Part shown: positions 45,102 through 54,857 of the stretch, one piece after another
Layout: each line of letters starts with the position of its first letter
Numbering within the stretch: position 1 is the stretch's first letter
Translations under genes and position numbers: made by a program
DNA from: Myxococcota bacterium
GTDB lineage: Bacteria; Myxococcota_A; UBA9160; PR03
Length of the DNA stretch: 64,000 bases
Assembly: GCA_041611735.1 (NCBI GenBank)
Contig: JBFIML010000001.1
Location: 1 to 64,000 of the forward strand
Direction of reading: 5' to 3'
The notes under the pieces: model-generated
Told to the model about the DNA's origin: nothing
Seen by the model: the letters and a program-made list of their open reading frames with translations, nothing else
The model's database searches: none

Positions 45102-46265
45102 GTGGGCGACGCGTCCGTGCTCGAGGTTCGCATCGACTCGCTGGCCGGCGACGGCGATGGGGTGGCCCGCGACGCCTCGGGACGCGTGATCTTCGTGCCC
45201 TTCACGGCCCCCGGGGACCGGGTCCGGGTGCGGGTCGTGGAGGCGCGACGGCGCTTCGCCCGCGCCCGGGTCGAGACGCTGCTCGAGCCGGGCCCCTCGC
45301 GCACGTCGCCGCACTGTCCCGTGTTCGGGGAGTGCGGCGGCTGCACGTGGCAGCACGTGGACTATGCGACCCAGGTGGAGGCCAAGCGGCGCATCCTGGA
45401 GGAGGCCCTGCAGCGGGTGGGCGGGATCCGGCCGCCCGGCGGGATCGGCATGGTGGCCTCGCCGCAGCCCTACGCCTACCGCGCCCGGGCCCGGGTGCGG
45501 GTGGAGGGCGGACACGTGGGCTACCGGCGCCGGCGCAGCCACGCCCTCTGCCCGGTGCGGGGCTGTCCCCTGCTGCTGCCCGCCCTGGACGCGTGTCTGG
45601 CCCGCCTGGCGAGCCATCCTCCCGCCCGGGAGGGGGAGTGGGAGCTCGCCGCCGGTGACGATGGGAGCGTGCGGGCCGCGCCGCTGCCGTCGCCCCCGGG
45701 GCCGTCGGTGGAGCTCCGCGTCCGGGGAGAGACCCTGCAGGTCTCGCCCGGGGTCTTCGCCCAGGCGAACGGGTTGTTGCGCGAGACCCTGGTCGAGGCC
45801 GTGTGTGAGGCGGCGGGGCGCGGGGAGACCCTGCTCGAGCTGCATGCGGGTGCCGGCTTCTTCACGCTGTCTCTCGCACGACACTGGCGCCGTCTGGTGG
45901 CGGTCGAGGCGGACTCCGCGGCGGTCCGCGACCTGCGGCGCAACCTGGCCGCCGCAGGTCTCGACCACGTGGAGGTGCGGGCGCGGCCGGTGGAGACGGT
46001 GCTCGGCGGGCCGCCGCCAAGCCGTCTGGCACCCGAGGTCGTGGTGCTCGATCCGCCCCGCACCGGCCTGCCGCCTGGCGCGGCGCGGGCCCTGGCCAAC
46101 CTCGGGGCGAGCCGCGTGGTCTACGTTTCCTGCGATCCTGCCACCCTGGCTCGCGACCTGGCAGTCCTCGGGGCGGGGGGTCTCGCGGTGCGGCGGGTGC
46201 AGGGCTTCGACCTGTTTCCCCAGACGCCCCACGTGGAGACGCTCGCCGTCCTGGAGAGATCCTAG
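45102..46265 (+). CDS. rlmD: TRAM-domain RNA m5U methyltransferase (RlmD/TrmA family)
   Basis: TRAM domain, C...CGGC Fe-S motif, FAQAN, LDPPRTG, YVSCDP, DLFPQTPHVE. Confidence 0.85.
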   Translation: MGDASVLEVRIDSLAGDGDGVARDASGRVIFVPFTAPGDRVRVRVVEARRRFARARVETLLEPGPSRTSPHCPVFGECGGCTWQHVDYATQVEAKRRILEEALQRVGGIRPPGGIGMVASPQPYAYRARARVRVEGGHVGYRRRRSHALCPVRGCPLLLPALDACLARLASHPPAREGEWELAAGDDGSVRAAPLPSPPGPSVELRVRGETLQVSPGVFAQANGLLRETLVEAVCEAAGRGETLLELHAGAGFFTLSLARHWRRLVAVEADSAAVRDLRRNLAAAGLDHVEVRARPVETVLGGPPPSRLAPEVVVLDPPRTGLPPGAARALANLGASRVVYVSCDPATLARDLAVLGAGGLAVRRVQGFDLFPQTPHVETLAVLERS

Positions 46266-46906
46266 GGCGGAACCAGGCCGTGGCGCAGGGCGTAGCGCAC
46301 CAGCTCGGTGGCCTTGCGAACGCCGAGCTTGCGCATCAGGTTGCGCCGGTGGGCCTCCACCGTCTTCGTGCTCAGGTGGAGCTGCGTGGCGATCTCCTTG
46401 GCGGAGAGACCGTCGGCAATGAGCTGCACGACCTCGCGTTCGCGGACCGAGAGGCGGGCGCCCGGTGCATCCGCAGCTTCCCCGTGCGGGGTGCGAAGCT
46501 GGCTCACGATCTCCCGGGCCACCGGCGGACTGAAGTAGCTGCCTCCCCGCATCACGGCGCGGATCGCGGCCACCACCTCGGAGGCGCGGGCATTCTTGAG
46601 CACGTAGCCGTCGGCGCCCAGCGACACGGCGCTCTGCACGAACGGTGGGTCGCCGTGAACGGAGAGCAGGACCACCTTCAGCTCGCGCTTTCGGGTGCGC
46701 AGCTTCTCCAGGGCTTCGAGACCCCCCAGGCGCGGCATGCTGATGTCCAGCACGACCACGTCCGGCCGGTGCTTCTGCACCTGCTCGAGCACCTCGCGGC
46801 CGTCGGATGCCTCGCTGCACACGGTGAATTCGGGCTCCGCCTCCAGGATGCGGCGCAGCCCTTCGCGCACGATGCCGTGGTCGTCGGCCACCAGGATGGA
46901 GATCAC
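46262..46906 (-). CDS. NarL/LuxR-family response regulator
   Basis: ADDH, LDISMP, GYVLK, LSVRERE...KTVEAHR. Confidence 0.95.
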   Translation of the reverse strand: MISILVADDHGIVREGLRRILEAEPEFTVCSEASDGREVLEQVQKHRPDVVVLDISMPRLGGLEALEKLRTRKRELKVVLLSVHGDPPFVQSAVSLGADGYVLKNARASEVVAAIRAVMRGGSYFSPPVAREIVSQLRTPHGEAADAPGARLSVREREVVQLIADGLSAKEIATQLHLSTKTVEAHRRNLMRKLGVRKATELVRYALRHGLVPP

Positions 46907-47020
46907 GAGGCCCCATCGTAAACCCTGCGCTACGAGGGAACAATCGCCACGGCGGCCGTGGTGCGGGCGGCGCGGGCGGGGGCTACCCTCCCCGCTGGGA
47001 CGTCTTCAGGAGGCAGCGCG

Positions 47021-47347
47021 ATGGCCGAGGCAATCTTCGAGCGGATCCGACGGGACGTCGAGGCCCACCCGATCCTGGTCTACATGAAGGGCACGCCGGG
47101 CTTCCCGCAGTGCGGCTTCTCCGGGGCCGTGGTGCGCATGCTCGAGGAGCTCGGAGCTCCCTTCGAGGCGCGCGACGTGCTGGCCGATCCCGAGCTGCGC
47201 GAGGCGATCAAGCGCTTCTCGAACTGGCCCACAGTCCCCCAGATCTACGTCTCCGGCCAGTTCGTGGGAGGCTGCGACATCCTGGGCGAGCTGTATGAGA
47301 GCGGAGAGCTCGCCGAGATGGTGAAGCAAGCCCTCGAGCGGAAGTAG
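47021..47347 (+). CDS. grxD: Monothiol glutaredoxin Grx4
   Basis: MKGT..FPQCGFS, WPTVPQ, GGCD. AGGAGG RBS. Confidence 0.95.
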   Translation: MAEAIFERIRRDVEAHPILVYMKGTPGFPQCGFSGAVVRMLEELGAPFEARDVLADPELREAIKRFSNWPTVPQIYVSGQFVGGCDILGELYESGELAEMVKQALERK

Positions 47348-47354
47348 GTGCGGA

Positions 47355-47996
47355 GTGCGCCCGGGTCGCGGGAACGGCCGCCCGGCCGGGGGCCCGTTTG
47401 CATCCTTCGTGCTCTACGTGGAGGGCCCACGCGACCGTGACGTGCTGGTGGCCTGGGCCCGCCGGGTCGGGCCGCGCCTGGCCCAGGAGCTGGCCCGGGC
47501 GTCGGTGATCCTCGGCGGTTGCCGCCCGGCCCGCGCCCGCGAGCACTTTCGCGACCTGCGCGAGCGGGACGCCGCCACGCGCGGCCTGTGCGTTCTCGAC
47601 CGCGACGCGGGATGGCCCGAGCCGAAGCCTCGCGCCGAGCCGGGCCTCGACTTCTTCACCTGGCGGCGCCGTCACATCGAGAGCTATCTGCTGGTGCCGG
47701 CGGCCATCCGGCGCTCCTTGCGGCTCCCCCCGGACGACGCGCGCACCGAGCGCCTGCTCCGCCGCCTGCTTCCCGCGGCGGCGGACGAGGACTCGCTGGC
47801 GACGCTCGACGCCAAGCGCCTCTTCGTGACCCACGGTCTGCTCGCGCGAGCGCTCGGCCAGCCCGTGGCGGTGGGTCGCGTGGCCCGGGCCATGCTGGCC
47901 GAAGAGATGCACGCGGAAGTCCACGCGCTGCTCGATCGGATCGGGAGGGAGCTGGGCATCCGCCGGGCGCCGGAGATCTACCTGCGCCGTGGCTGA
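47355..47996 (+). CDS. Standalone TOPRIM-like domain protein (OLD-nuclease C-terminal type)
   Basis: LYVEG..D, CVLDRD, RRHIESYLL. Confidence 0.6.
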   Translation: MRPGRGNGRPAGGPFASFVLYVEGPRDRDVLVAWARRVGPRLAQELARASVILGGCRPARAREHFRDLRERDAATRGLCVLDRDAGWPEPKPRAEPGLDFFTWRRRHIESYLLVPAAIRRSLRLPPDDARTERLLRRLLPAAADEDSLATLDAKRLFVTHGLLARALGQPVAVGRVARAMLAEEMHAEVHALLDRIGRELGIRRAPEIYLRRG

Positions 47997-49062
47997 GGCG
48001 GCGCCGGTGCGCGGGAGGCCCGGCGCCAGCGGGGGCGGACGTGCCCTCGTGCTGCGGCGGCCGGCTGCGGTCGAGACCGAGCCCCTTGCCCTGGTGGAGC
48101 GCCCGAGGCCCGAACCTGGCCCGGGCGAGATCCTGGTGGACGTCGAGGTGTGCGGCGTGTGCCGGACCGACCTGCACGTGGTGGAAGGCGACCTGGCGCC
48201 GCGCCGTCCCGAGATCGTCCCGGGCCACGAGGTGGTGGGACGCGTGGCGCGGTGCGGGCGGGACGCGGACCGCTTCCGGCCTGGCGAGCGGGTGGGCGTC
48301 GCCTGGCTGCACCACAGCTGCGGGCGCTGCCGCTTCTGCGTCCGGGGCGAGGAGAACCTCTGCCTGGAGCCCCGCTTCACCGGTTGGGACACCGACGGCG
48401 GCTACGCGGGCTTCGTGCTGGCCCGGGAGGCCTTCGTCTACCCGATCCCGACCGATCTCCCCGCGCGGGATGCGGCCCCGCTCCTGTGCGCCGGCATCAT
48501 CGGCTATCGCGCCTTCGTCCGCTCCCGGGCCTGCCCCGGCCAACGGCTCGGGCTGTTCGGCTTCGGTGGCTCCGCCCACATCGTGATCCAGATCGCCCGG
48601 CACGCGGGCATCGAGGTGCTCGTGTTCAGCCGGGAAGACGGCCACCGGGAGCTGGCCGGGCGTCTCGGTGCCGCCTGGGTGGGCGGCAGCCTCGACGTCC
48701 CCCCCCATCCCCTCGACGCGGCGATCCTGTTCGCCCCCGCCGGCGAGCTCGTGCCCGTGGCTCTCGAGCGCCTCGACCGGGGCGGCACCCTGGCCGTGGC
48801 CGGGATCCACCTCTCGGACGTGCCGGGGCTCGACTACGTGCGTCATCTGTTCCAGGAGCGCACGCTCACGAGCGTGACTGCCAACACGCGCCGCGACGGG
48901 GAAGCGCTGCTGCGCCTGGCCGCGGAGATTCCGATCCGCCCCCACACCCGCCTGTATCCGCTGGAGCAGGCCAACCAGGCCCTGGCGGACCTGAAGCACG
49001 ATCGCATCCGGGGCGCCGCGGTGCTGGAGGTCGCCACGGCCCAGGGGAACGCCGGCCCGTGA
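47989..49062 (+). CDS. Zinc-dependent alcohol dehydrogenase
   Basis: CGVCRTD, GHE, CGRCRFC...C, LLCAG, GFGGSAH. Confidence 0.93.
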   Translation: MAEAAPVRGRPGASGGGRALVLRRPAAVETEPLALVERPRPEPGPGEILVDVEVCGVCRTDLHVVEGDLAPRRPEIVPGHEVVGRVARCGRDADRFRPGERVGVAWLHHSCGRCRFCVRGEENLCLEPRFTGWDTDGGYAGFVLAREAFVYPIPTDLPARDAAPLLCAGIIGYRAFVRSRACPGQRLGLFGFGGSAHIVIQIARHAGIEVLVFSREDGHRELAGRLGAAWVGGSLDVPPHPLDAAILFAPAGELVPVALERLDRGGTLAVAGIHLSDVPGLDYVRHLFQERTLTSVTANTRRDGEALLRLAAEIPIRPHTRLYPLEQANQALADLKHDRIRGAAVLEVATAQGNAGP

Positions 49063-49817
49063 AGGCGCTGGTGCTCGACTTCGACGGGGTCATCTCCGAC
49101 AGCGCCCGCGAGGCCTTCGTCGTGGCGCGCCGCACCTGGCTCGCCCTGTGTCCCGGCTCGTCGTTGGGCGAGGCGGACCCGTCCCGTCTCTACGCAGGCT
49201 TCCTCGCGCTCATGCCCCTGGGCAACCGGGCCGAGGACTACGGCGCCGCCCTGGCGGCGCTCGAGCGGGGGGTGAGGATCCCCGACCAGGCCCGCTACGA
49301 CAGCTTCCGGGCCGGTCAGGACGAGGAGTGGCTGCGCGAGTTCCACCGCCGCTTCTACGCCGAGCGCGCCCGCTTCGCCGCCGAGGATCCCTGGGGCTGG
49401 AGGCGACTCCTGGCGCCGTACCCGCGCTTCCTCGCCGTCCTGCGCCGGCGGGCGGGAGAGGTCTCCTACGCCATCGCCACCTCCAAGGATGGGGACTCGC
49501 TGCGCATCCTGCTGCAGCACTACGGAGTCGACGACCTCTTCCCTGCCCGGAGCCTCCACGACAAGGAGACGGGCGTGAGCAAGACGGCGCACCTCGAGCA
49601 GGTGCAAAGCGAGCTCGGGCTCGAGTTCGCAGAGCTCACCTTCGTGGACGACAAGGTGAACCACCTGGACGCGGTGGCCGGGCTCGGCGTGCGCTGCGCG
49701 CTGGCCGCCTGGGGCTACAACGGGCCTCGCGAGCATGCCCTGGCTCGTGAGCGCGGCCATCTCGTGTGTACCCTCGACGATGTCGAGGAGCGGCTGTTCG
49801 GCAGGCGCGACCCCTGA
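49059..49817 (+). CDS. HAD-family hydrolase
   Basis: LDFDGVI, ATSK, FVDDK, WGYN. Confidence 0.88.
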   Translation: MKALVLDFDGVISDSAREAFVVARRTWLALCPGSSLGEADPSRLYAGFLALMPLGNRAEDYGAALAALERGVRIPDQARYDSFRAGQDEEWLREFHRRFYAERARFAAEDPWGWRRLLAPYPRFLAVLRRRAGEVSYAIATSKDGDSLRILLQHYGVDDLFPARSLHDKETGVSKTAHLEQVQSELGLEFAELTFVDDKVNHLDAVAGLGVRCALAAWGYNGPREHALARERGHLVCTLDDVEERLFGRRDP

Positions 49818-49870
49818 ACACCTGGCATCTCGCTGCGGGCGCCCTACCTTCCCGCTCAGCGAGGCACGGC

Positions 49871-50428
49871 TTGGAACTGGACCTGCAGCTGCACGCGGAG
49901 CGCACGCCGAACCCCCACTGCGTCAAGTGGGTGGTGAGCCGCCCGCTGCTCGAGCCCGGGCAGAGCGCACACTTCGATGCGCCGCCGTCCGAAGAGGTCT
50001 CGCCCCTGGCGGCGCGGCTGTTCCAGTTGCCCGGCATCCAGGCGGTCTTCCTGGCACCCCGCTTCGTGAGCGTGACCAAGGCCGAGGACGTGGACTGGCC
50101 GGACCTGGCGCGTCCGCTGGTGGACGCCCTGCGCAGCTTCCTCGAAGCCGACGGGTCGGCGCTCGGCCCCGCCTTCGAGGCCCAGGCCAGCGGGCCCCAG
50201 GGCGAGGTCGAAGCCCGCATCCGGCGCATCCTCGACCAGGAGATCCGCCCGGCGGTCGGGCGCGACGGCGGCGACGTGGTCTTCGCCGGCTACCGGGGCG
50301 GCGTGGTCGAGCTGTACCTGCAGGGCTCGTGCAGCGGCTGCCCGAGCTCCCTGGCGACGCTCAAGTTCGGGATCGAGGCGCGCCTGCGTGAGGAGATCCC
50401 GGAGGTCACGGAGGTGGTGGCGCTCTAG
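49871..50428 (+). CDS. NifU/Nfu-type Fe-S carrier (Nfu_N + NifU-C)
   Basis: ERTPNP, SPLA..LF, IRPAV..DGGD, GSCSGCPSS. TTG start estimated. Confidence 0.9.
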   Translation: MELDLQLHAERTPNPHCVKWVVSRPLLEPGQSAHFDAPPSEEVSPLAARLFQLPGIQAVFLAPRFVSVTKAEDVDWPDLARPLVDALRSFLEADGSALGPAFEAQASGPQGEVEARIRRILDQEIRPAVGRDGGDVVFAGYRGGVVELYLQGSCSGCPSSLATLKFGIEARLREEIPEVTEVVAL

Positions 50429-50447
50429 CCGGCGCCCCGACAGGACG

Positions 50448-50491
50448 ATCCCCCCGCTGTGGGGCTCCCGGCGAGCGGAGCCACGGGGGAT
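50448..50491. terminator. Imperfect GC hairpin after the NifU gene, possible terminator
   Basis: ATCCCCC...GGCTCC / GGAGCC...GGGGGAT followed by GGGTGTTT. Confidence 0.3.
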
Positions 50492-50598
50492 GGGTGTTTC
50501 GAGAGCAGGACCGCCAGCGCCCGCGCCGCCGCCTGCGCCAGCCCCGCTGGCCGCTTCCCTGCGAGCAGCCCCCTCGCCGCCGACGGGCTTCCGGGTCC

Positions 50599-51945
50599 AT
50601 GACGCTGCGGGGCCGATTGACCCTGCTGGTGGCCGGGGTGCTGCTGGTGACCCCCTTCCTGCGCGCCTGCGGGGCGTCGGAGGGGCCCACGGCCCTGGCC
50701 GAGCCCGCGCCGGAATCGCCCGCGCCGCGCCTCGAAGCCCGGCCCCCGGCCTCGGCGACGCTCGAGCTCGTGCGGCGGGAGCTGCCGCCCAGCGCAGCCG
50801 GGCGTTCCGGGAAAGCCGCCGAGCCCTTGTCAGCCCCGCAGGACGCCGCCCGGCTGGTGGAGACGTTGCCGCTGCCCGCCGGAGCGGAGGACATACCCGG
50901 GCCGCTTCGCGTGGAGTACACCCTGCACCCGGAGCTCACGCGGCGCATCGAGCAGGCCCTGCGCCGGGGACGCGTGGAGCTCGGCCACGTGATCGTGCTC
51001 GAGCCGCGCAGCGGACGCCTGCTCGCCTACGTCTCCACCGAGCCGGAACGACTGCCCGCCACGCGGCCCTACCCGGCGGCATCGCTCATGAAGGTGGTGA
51101 CCGCTGCGGCCGTGCTCGAGCACGCGCCGGAACGAGCCCGGCGTCCCTGCCTGTTCCAAGGCAGTCCCTGGCGCCTGACGCGGGCGCGGCTCGACCCGCC
51201 GCAGCGCGGCCGCTCCGTCTCCTTGCGCCGCGCCATGGCGACCTCCAACAACCAGTGCTTCGCCCAGCTCGCGGTCCACGCGCTCGGGCCCCGCACCTTG
51301 CATGGCGAGATCGAGCGCCTGGGTCTCCTGCGCGCCCCGGCCCCGGGTCACGAGCCGGGCCGCCTGGATCACGGGGACGACCCGCTCGAGCTCGGGCGCC
51401 TGGGGTGCGGTCTCGCCGGCTGCGAGATCACGCCGCTCGCCGCAGCCCGCCTGGCCGCTGCGCTGGCGGAGGGCCGGCTGGTGGAGCCGCACTGGATCGC
51501 GCGGGTGGTCGATGCCGCCGGCCGCGAGATGACGCCGGCCCCGCCGGAACCGCGCCGCGTGCTGTCGCCGCGGCTCGCCGCGGAGCTGCGCAGGATGCTC
51601 GTCGACACGACGCGCACCGGCACGGCGCGGCGCGCCTTCCACACCCGCCGCGGGCCGCTGCTGGGGCCGGTCCGGGTGGCGGGCAAGACCGGAAGCGTGA
51701 ACGGAAGCGACCCGAGCGGGCGCTACGAGTGGTTCATCGGTGTGGCGCCTGCCGAGCGTCCCGAGGTGGCCGTAGCCACCCTCGTGGTGCAGAGCGACCT
51801 CTACTGGATCAGCTCCTCCCAGCTCGCCGCCGAGGTGCTGAAGACGCTGTTCTGCCCGAAGGGGGTGTGCCGGGTCGATGCGGTGCGGGACTGGCTCGAA
51901 CCGGCCGCTCCCGACGCACCCCAGAAGCCGGCGTCGGGGGTCTAG
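50599..51945 (+). CDS. Penicillin-binding transpeptidase-domain protein
   Basis: SxxK (ASLMK), SxN (SNN), KTG, N-terminal TM helix. Confidence 0.88.
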   Translation: MTLRGRLTLLVAGVLLVTPFLRACGASEGPTALAEPAPESPAPRLEARPPASATLELVRRELPPSAAGRSGKAAEPLSAPQDAARLVETLPLPAGAEDIPGPLRVEYTLHPELTRRIEQALRRGRVELGHVIVLEPRSGRLLAYVSTEPERLPATRPYPAASLMKVVTAAAVLEHAPERARRPCLFQGSPWRLTRARLDPPQRGRSVSLRRAMATSNNQCFAQLAVHALGPRTLHGEIERLGLLRAPAPGHEPGRLDHGDDPLELGRLGCGLAGCEITPLAAARLAAALAEGRLVEPHWIARVVDAAGREMTPAPPEPRRVLSPRLAAELRRMLVDTTRTGTARRAFHTRRGPLLGPVRVAGKTGSVNGSDPSGRYEWFIGVAPAERPEVAVATLVVQSDLYWISSSQLAAEVLKTLFCPKGVCRVDAVRDWLEPAAPDAPQKPASGV

Positions 51946-53084
51946 GCGGAGCGGATCTCGGTGAGGACGGTGCCGAGCGAGCCCACCTCGCCGTGGCGCA
52001 GGGACTCGACCGCCGGAAGCCCCGCCACGATCCGCTCCAGGCGGGCCGCCATCGAGGCCTCGATCCCGCGGAAGCGCAGGGCCAGCCCCCGATCGCCTTC
52101 GTCGCGGATCACTTCGGCGTCGATCAGGAAGGGCTCCTCCCGCGCCGAGCCGTAGATCGCGAGCTGCAGGCGTGCGCCGAGCCGCAGCTCCGGGTGGGGA
52201 TCGATCAGCATGCCACCCGCGGAGAGGTCGCGGCCGAGGAGCACGCGGCGCGCGTCACCGGCGAGGGCCACCACTTCGCGCTCGAAGCGCGCCCGGGCAT
52301 GACGTCGCCGCTCGGGGCCGGATTCCTCCTTGCGCTCGCTCTTGCGGTTGGCGCCGGGCCGGCTCGTGGCCGAGGCGGCCTCGATCACCGCGGGTCCTTC
52401 CGAGCGCTCGCGCAGGATCTCGCTCACCCGGGCGCGAGTGGCCTCGTCGAGGCGGCCGAAGCTCACCGCGATCTGCATCTGCCGGCGGTTCTCCTCGGGG
52501 CCGGCCTCCGGGGTCGAACGCACCACCTGGCCGCGCAGGTTGAAACCGCGGCCGCCGGTCAGCTCCGCGGGAAGCTGGATGGCCAGCGAGGTCCCGGCGT
52601 CGTAGGCGTGCTCCGCCACCAGGCTGCACCCGTGCAGGGAGAGGTCCGCCAGCACCGCGCTGCGGCGCCGGAAGCGCGTCCGCACGGTCACCGGATAGCC
52701 GATCGTGGTGCGTTTTTCGCCGCGTTGGTCGTCACCCTGGAAGAGCGCGCGTGTGACCAGGAGACGCAGGGCCACCGGGTGGACGGGCCGGCGCACCAGG
52801 AAGTCGAAGCCGATGCGTCGCAGCATGGCCCGCAGGGTCTGGGAGTCCTCGTCCACCACGGCAATCTTGACCGGGCGGCTCTGGCCGTTGCCGCGCAGCG
52901 GCCATTCGCGGGCCAGCAGCGCCCGCCGCGAGTTGGTCACGAAGAGGTCCCGGGGCGGCTGGACCCGCGCCGGCACGGCGGCCCCTCGCAGGTGGGCGAA
53001 GTCGATGCCGAGCCCGGTCAGGATGTCGCGGACGTCGTCGAGCTCGCCATCGTCGACCAGCAGAACCGGAAAATCGGACCCCAT
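51942..53084 (-). CDS. REC-like plus tandem PilZ domain protein (c-di-GMP effector)
   Basis: VLLVDD; RGEKR/DLSLHG and RRHAR/DLSAGG. Confidence 0.8.
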   Translation of the reverse strand: MGSDFPVLLVDDGELDDVRDILTGLGIDFAHLRGAAVPARVQPPRDLFVTNSRRALLAREWPLRGNGQSRPVKIAVVDEDSQTLRAMLRRIGFDFLVRRPVHPVALRLLVTRALFQGDDQRGEKRTTIGYPVTVRTRFRRRSAVLADLSLHGCSLVAEHAYDAGTSLAIQLPAELTGGRGFNLRGQVVRSTPEAGPEENRRQMQIAVSFGRLDEATRARVSEILRERSEGPAVIEAASATSRPGANRKSERKEESGPERRRHARARFEREVVALAGDARRVLLGRDLSAGGMLIDPHPELRLGARLQLAIYGSAREEPFLIDAEVIRDEGDRGLALRFRGIEASMAARLERIVAGLPAVESLRHGEVGSLGTVLTEIRSA

Positions 53085-53237
53085 GCAGTCCCCGTGGGCC
53101 GGGTCAACGGGCGCCGGCCCCCCAGCCTCAGTCGGCCGAACCCAGCCGGAGCTGAAGGGCAGGCGTGCCAATCCCGGGTCGCCGCCGGCGGTCTCGCCCC
53201 GACGCAGGTTTTCCTTCTAGTTTCGGGAACTTGATGC

Positions 53238-54215
53238 TTACGGGGGGGTGCGACGCCGGCCCGGGCCCCCAGGTCCGAAAGGGCGCCGCGGGTCCCTTCG
53301 AGGCGCTTGCTCCCGGTCCCGAGCCGACCCCTTCTTCGAACCCCGAGGTGGATCGGCGTCCTCCGGGCCCGGCGGCTCCGGGGCCGGCGGTCGCTTGGGG
53401 CCCCGGTCCCGGGGCGCGCCCGCCCCCGGCCCACCGCCCGCGGCGGGAGGCGATCCGACCCGTGCGCGCGGCGCCGCCCGCCGCGCCACGACGAGTCCGA
53501 GGGCGCCGAGCCCCGTCCCGACGGCCAGCGTGGCAGCGGTCGAGGCCAGAGGCGCCACGTCGAGCGTGGCCTCCAGGACCGCGACCAGGTTGTTTGCCAC
53601 GTGGCATGCCACCGCGGCGCGGATCCCCCCCGACCACAGCGTGACCGCGCCCAGATAGAGCCCGAGTACCACGGCCGCAAAGGCGTGCACGAGGTCGCCG
53701 TGCAGGGCGCCGAAGGCGATTGCCGAGAGCGAGACGGCGGCCAGGCCGCCGAGCCGAGGCTCGAGTCCTCGTTGCAGGAAGCCGCGGAAGAACAGCTCCT
53801 CGCCAATGCCGGGCGCGACGCCCAGCCCGAGGAGCACGCCGAGCAACGCCCGCCCTCCGACGTGTGTCAGTCGGGCGTCGAAGTCGGCGAGGGCGCCGCC
53901 CTCGCGCAGCTCGAGGAGCCGCAGCGCACTCTCGGCGGCGTGGCTCACGGCCACGAAGCCCAGCGCCACCAGCAGCCCCGGGCCCGCGGCGAGATGCCCG
54001 GGCCGGAGCCCCAGGCGCTCGCTCAGGGGCGCCCGGGCGAGTGCGGCCCCGGCGCCGGCGGCGAGGCCCAGCACGATCGAACTCGCGGCGGCCTGGAGGG
54101 CCAGGGCGCCGGCTCCCGACGGGTGAAGCCAGCGCAGCAGGGTCTGTGCCCCGGCGATGACGGCGAGCGCAGCCGCTGCGAGGAGCACGGCCAACTGGAT
54201 GCGTCGCTCCTGCAT
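53238..54215 (-). CDS. CPBP (CAAX protease/Abi) intramembrane metalloprotease
   Basis: EELFFRG, FGALH, HVANN, Pro-rich tail. Confidence 0.88.
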   Translation of the reverse strand: MQERRIQLAVLLAAAALAVIAGAQTLLRWLHPSGAGALALQAAASSIVLGLAAGAGAALARAPLSERLGLRPGHLAAGPGLLVALGFVAVSHAAESALRLLELREGGALADFDARLTHVGGRALLGVLLGLGVAPGIGEELFFRGFLQRGLEPRLGGLAAVSLSAIAFGALHGDLVHAFAAVVLGLYLGAVTLWSGGIRAAVACHVANNLVAVLEATLDVAPLASTAATLAVGTGLGALGLVVARRAAPRARVGSPPAAGGGPGAGAPRDRGPKRPPAPEPPGPEDADPPRGSKKGSARDREQAPRRDPRRPFGPGGPGRRRTPP

Positions 54216-54286
54216 CCGGGCAGGGTACCGGTGGTCCCCGCTCGTCCCAGGCGGGCACTCGGGAGCCCTGCTGCTACCCTCGCCAG

Positions 54287-54844
54287 GTGAGCGCTTCCCC
54301 GCTGGCTCCCTCCTTCCTCCTGGCCATGCCCGACCTCGCGGATCCCAACTTCAAGCGGACCGTGGTCCTGCTCGTCCACCACGATGCCGACGGCAGCTTC
54401 GGCCTGGTGCTGAACCGTCCGACGGAGATCGCATCCGACGAGCTGTGCGAGACGCTGGGCATCGGCTGGAACGGAGATCCGGATCTCGCCGTGCACTGGG
54501 GCGGGCCCGTGCAGCCGAACACGGGCTGGGTGCTGGCGGGCGACGGGGTGCTCGACGGCGTATCCGAGGCGAAGCAGGTTCGGGACGGCGTGCACTGGGC
54601 GGGCTCGCTCGAGGCACTGCGCCTGGTGGCCGACGAGCCGCCGGCCCGCGTGCGCCTCTTCCTCGGCTACTCCGGCTGGGGTCCGGGCCAGCTCGAGGAG
54701 GAGATCGCGCGCGGCGCCTGGGTGGTGGCGCCCCTGGAGCTCGAGCTTCCCTTCGAGGTCGATTCGGACCGCATGTGGGACCAGGTCTGGCGGCAGCTCG
54801 GCATCAACCCGGCCACCGTGGTGTCGACGCCCGGCGTGCACTGA
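54287..54844 (+). CDS. YqgE/AlgH family protein
   Basis: LLAMP..DPNF, GLVLNRP, GGPV, GYSGWGPGQLE. Confidence 0.93.
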   Translation: MSASPLAPSFLLAMPDLADPNFKRTVVLLVHHDADGSFGLVLNRPTEIASDELCETLGIGWNGDPDLAVHWGGPVQPNTGWVLAGDGVLDGVSEAKQVRDGVHWAGSLEALRLVADEPPARVRLFLGYSGWGPGQLEEEIARGAWVVAPLELELPFEVDSDRMWDQVWRQLGINPATVVSTPGVH

Positions 54845-54857
54845 GCAACCTGGGCCC

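Noticed and set aside
47021-50428. grxD and NifU as a dedicated Fe-S biogenesis cluster
   Set aside because: They are separated by unrelated ADH, HAD and TOPRIM genes and no isc/suf/bolA genes are present, so proximity alone is weak evidence.
53155-53172. Possible sigma54 promoter (TTGGCACG on minus strand) upstream of the PilZ gene
   Set aside because: There is no TTGC/GC at the required -12 spacing.
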